Shown here: one piece after another, positions 62,800 through 64,000 of the stretch
How positions within the stretch are numbered: position 1 is the stretch's first letter
Layout: the number at the start of each line of letters is the position of its first letter
NCBI GenBank assembly: GCA_018334055.1
Contig: JAGXSS010000109.1
Coordinates: 1,260-65,259, forward strand
From: Peptococcaceae bacterium
Lineage (GTDB): Bacteria; Bacillota; UBA994
Length of the DNA stretch: 64,000 nt
Direction: 5' to 3'
The notes under the pieces: model-generated
What the model was told of the DNA's origin: nothing
The model's database searches: none
What the model saw: the letters and a program-made list of their open reading frames with translations, nothing else
Position numbers and translations under genes: made by a program

Positions 62800-63342
62800 T
62801 TACTCCAGTTGCACACCCAGTCCGTCAGCTATTCGGTTTACATAGTTAAAATAGGACGCAATCTGGTTGATGTCAAAAATGTCCCGATCTGAGAAACCTG
62901 CCCTACGGAGTGCCCCAATATCTCGTTCCTTGATGCTGGCAGGTTCCTTGGCAAGCTTCTCTACATAATACAGCATCACCTTTTCGCTAGGCGTTATGGC
63001 TGCACTGCGATAGTCTTTTGCCACAGCGAGCATCAGGTCACTGTCACCACTGACCGTACGGAGCGCCGCTCCGTGGTGTTCAGTTCAGTAGTGGCAAGCA
63101 TTAGTGGCCGACACGACGACAGCAATCATCTCACGTTGGGCACGGTTTAACCCTGACTCGCCAAACATAATGGTGCGATAAAGCTGTAGATGAGCTTCCA
63201 GGGCATCCGGATGCAGACTATGTACCTTGAGAATGTTGGCGACCTGTCTGTGTTGTCCCCCACCAAGTTGTTGATACAACTCCGCCAGCTTGCCTGTTGC
63301 TTCGCTTTCATCTATCTGTTTAATCCATGACATCAGTATCAC
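62800..63342 (-). CDS. AhpD/CMD-like peroxidase-related selenoprotein (CxxU)
   Basis: ORFs 63085-63342 and 62800-63033 are in frame across TGA 63085-63087: REMIAVVVSATNACHY-U-TEHHGAALR...FNYVNRIADGLG; SECIS-like hairpin follows. Confidence 0.9.
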
Positions 63343-63348
63343 TCGCCT

Positions 63349-64000
63349 TTACTGTGGCTTTGGGCTGTAAGTTTCGTCTGACTGTAGCATCGTTCCTGGG
63401 GCTTTGGCCGAAACCACTAGGTCGAGCGCTTCCTGTAGAACCCGCAACTGCTGATCTATGTCATTAGGCGCACCTACGGTGCAGCCAAAGGGCACCTTAA
63501 GGTTCAGTGCCCGCGGAATGCCAATGATGCTCACGATCTCTGGAATAAGGTTAAGGGTAATGGTCGGAATGCCTGCGTTTTCTATCTCCCGGGCAACCAG
63601 TCCACCGGACTGCTGACAAATCGGTCAGACAGGGACAATAACGGCAATGTCAACTCCCTGCGCTAGCATAGAAGTAGCGATGGTCTTACCGGTCTGAAAC
63701 AACTTATCAGGGTTGGGAATGTAGCCGGAGATGCTATAGTTAATCTCCGCAACTCCTCCGATATAAAACTCCTCAACTAATGTCTGCAGCCGCTCTATGG
63801 GATAGATGACATTCATGTCTTGCGCTGAAAATGCCTTGTTAAAGTGCTCGTGGGCAATCTTCAAATCCTGTAGGGGGACAGCGTAGGATATCTCTCGATG
63901 CGACTCGTCGACGTCAGCGGAGCCGATAATATTAAAGGGCATATCGCTCGGTGCATATACCCCCCCGGTAGAAACGAGCGCAATCTTACAATCGGCCAGG
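63349..64000 (-). CDS. PrdB/GrdB-family (reductase selenoprotein B-like) selenoprotein (UxxC); 5' end outside window
   Basis: KIALVSTGGV...DMNVIYPIERL...VDIAVIVPV-U-PICQQSGGLVAREIENAGIPT...PRAL; in frame across TGA 63625-63627; SECIS-like hairpin. Confidence 0.9.

Overview
About 64 kb of chromosome from an anaerobic, endospore-forming Bacillota (Clostridia-like) bacterium; most genes are on the minus strand. From the left: an IS21 element plus IS91 and IS66 remnants; the conserved spoIIQ-like/spoIID/murA/ywmB block; a complete Na+-type A/V-type ATP synthase operon sitting where Firmicutes normally have the F1Fo operon; wecB-deaminase-upp-glyA-rpiB-ywlE-sua5; dinB; a divergent type III pantothenate kinase with an ECF S component; a glycerol utilisation island (glpF-glpK-glpP, fused G3P dehydrogenase, DUF1667) flanked by IS3 and group II intron remnants; a histidine utilisation operon coupled to fhs; tilS-hpt-ftsH; an uncharacterised Crp/Fnr(HcpR-like)- and Fur-box-associated metal/nitrosative-stress operon; a 3' fragment of tRNA-Ile2(CAT); an ABC exporter pair; an inverted spoIIE. 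At the right edge are two tandem selenoprotein genes (PrdB-like UxxC and AhpD-like CxxU, each with an in-frame UGA and a SECIS-like hairpin) that the ORF track splits in two. All calls come from manual reading and motif recognition; no searches were run.
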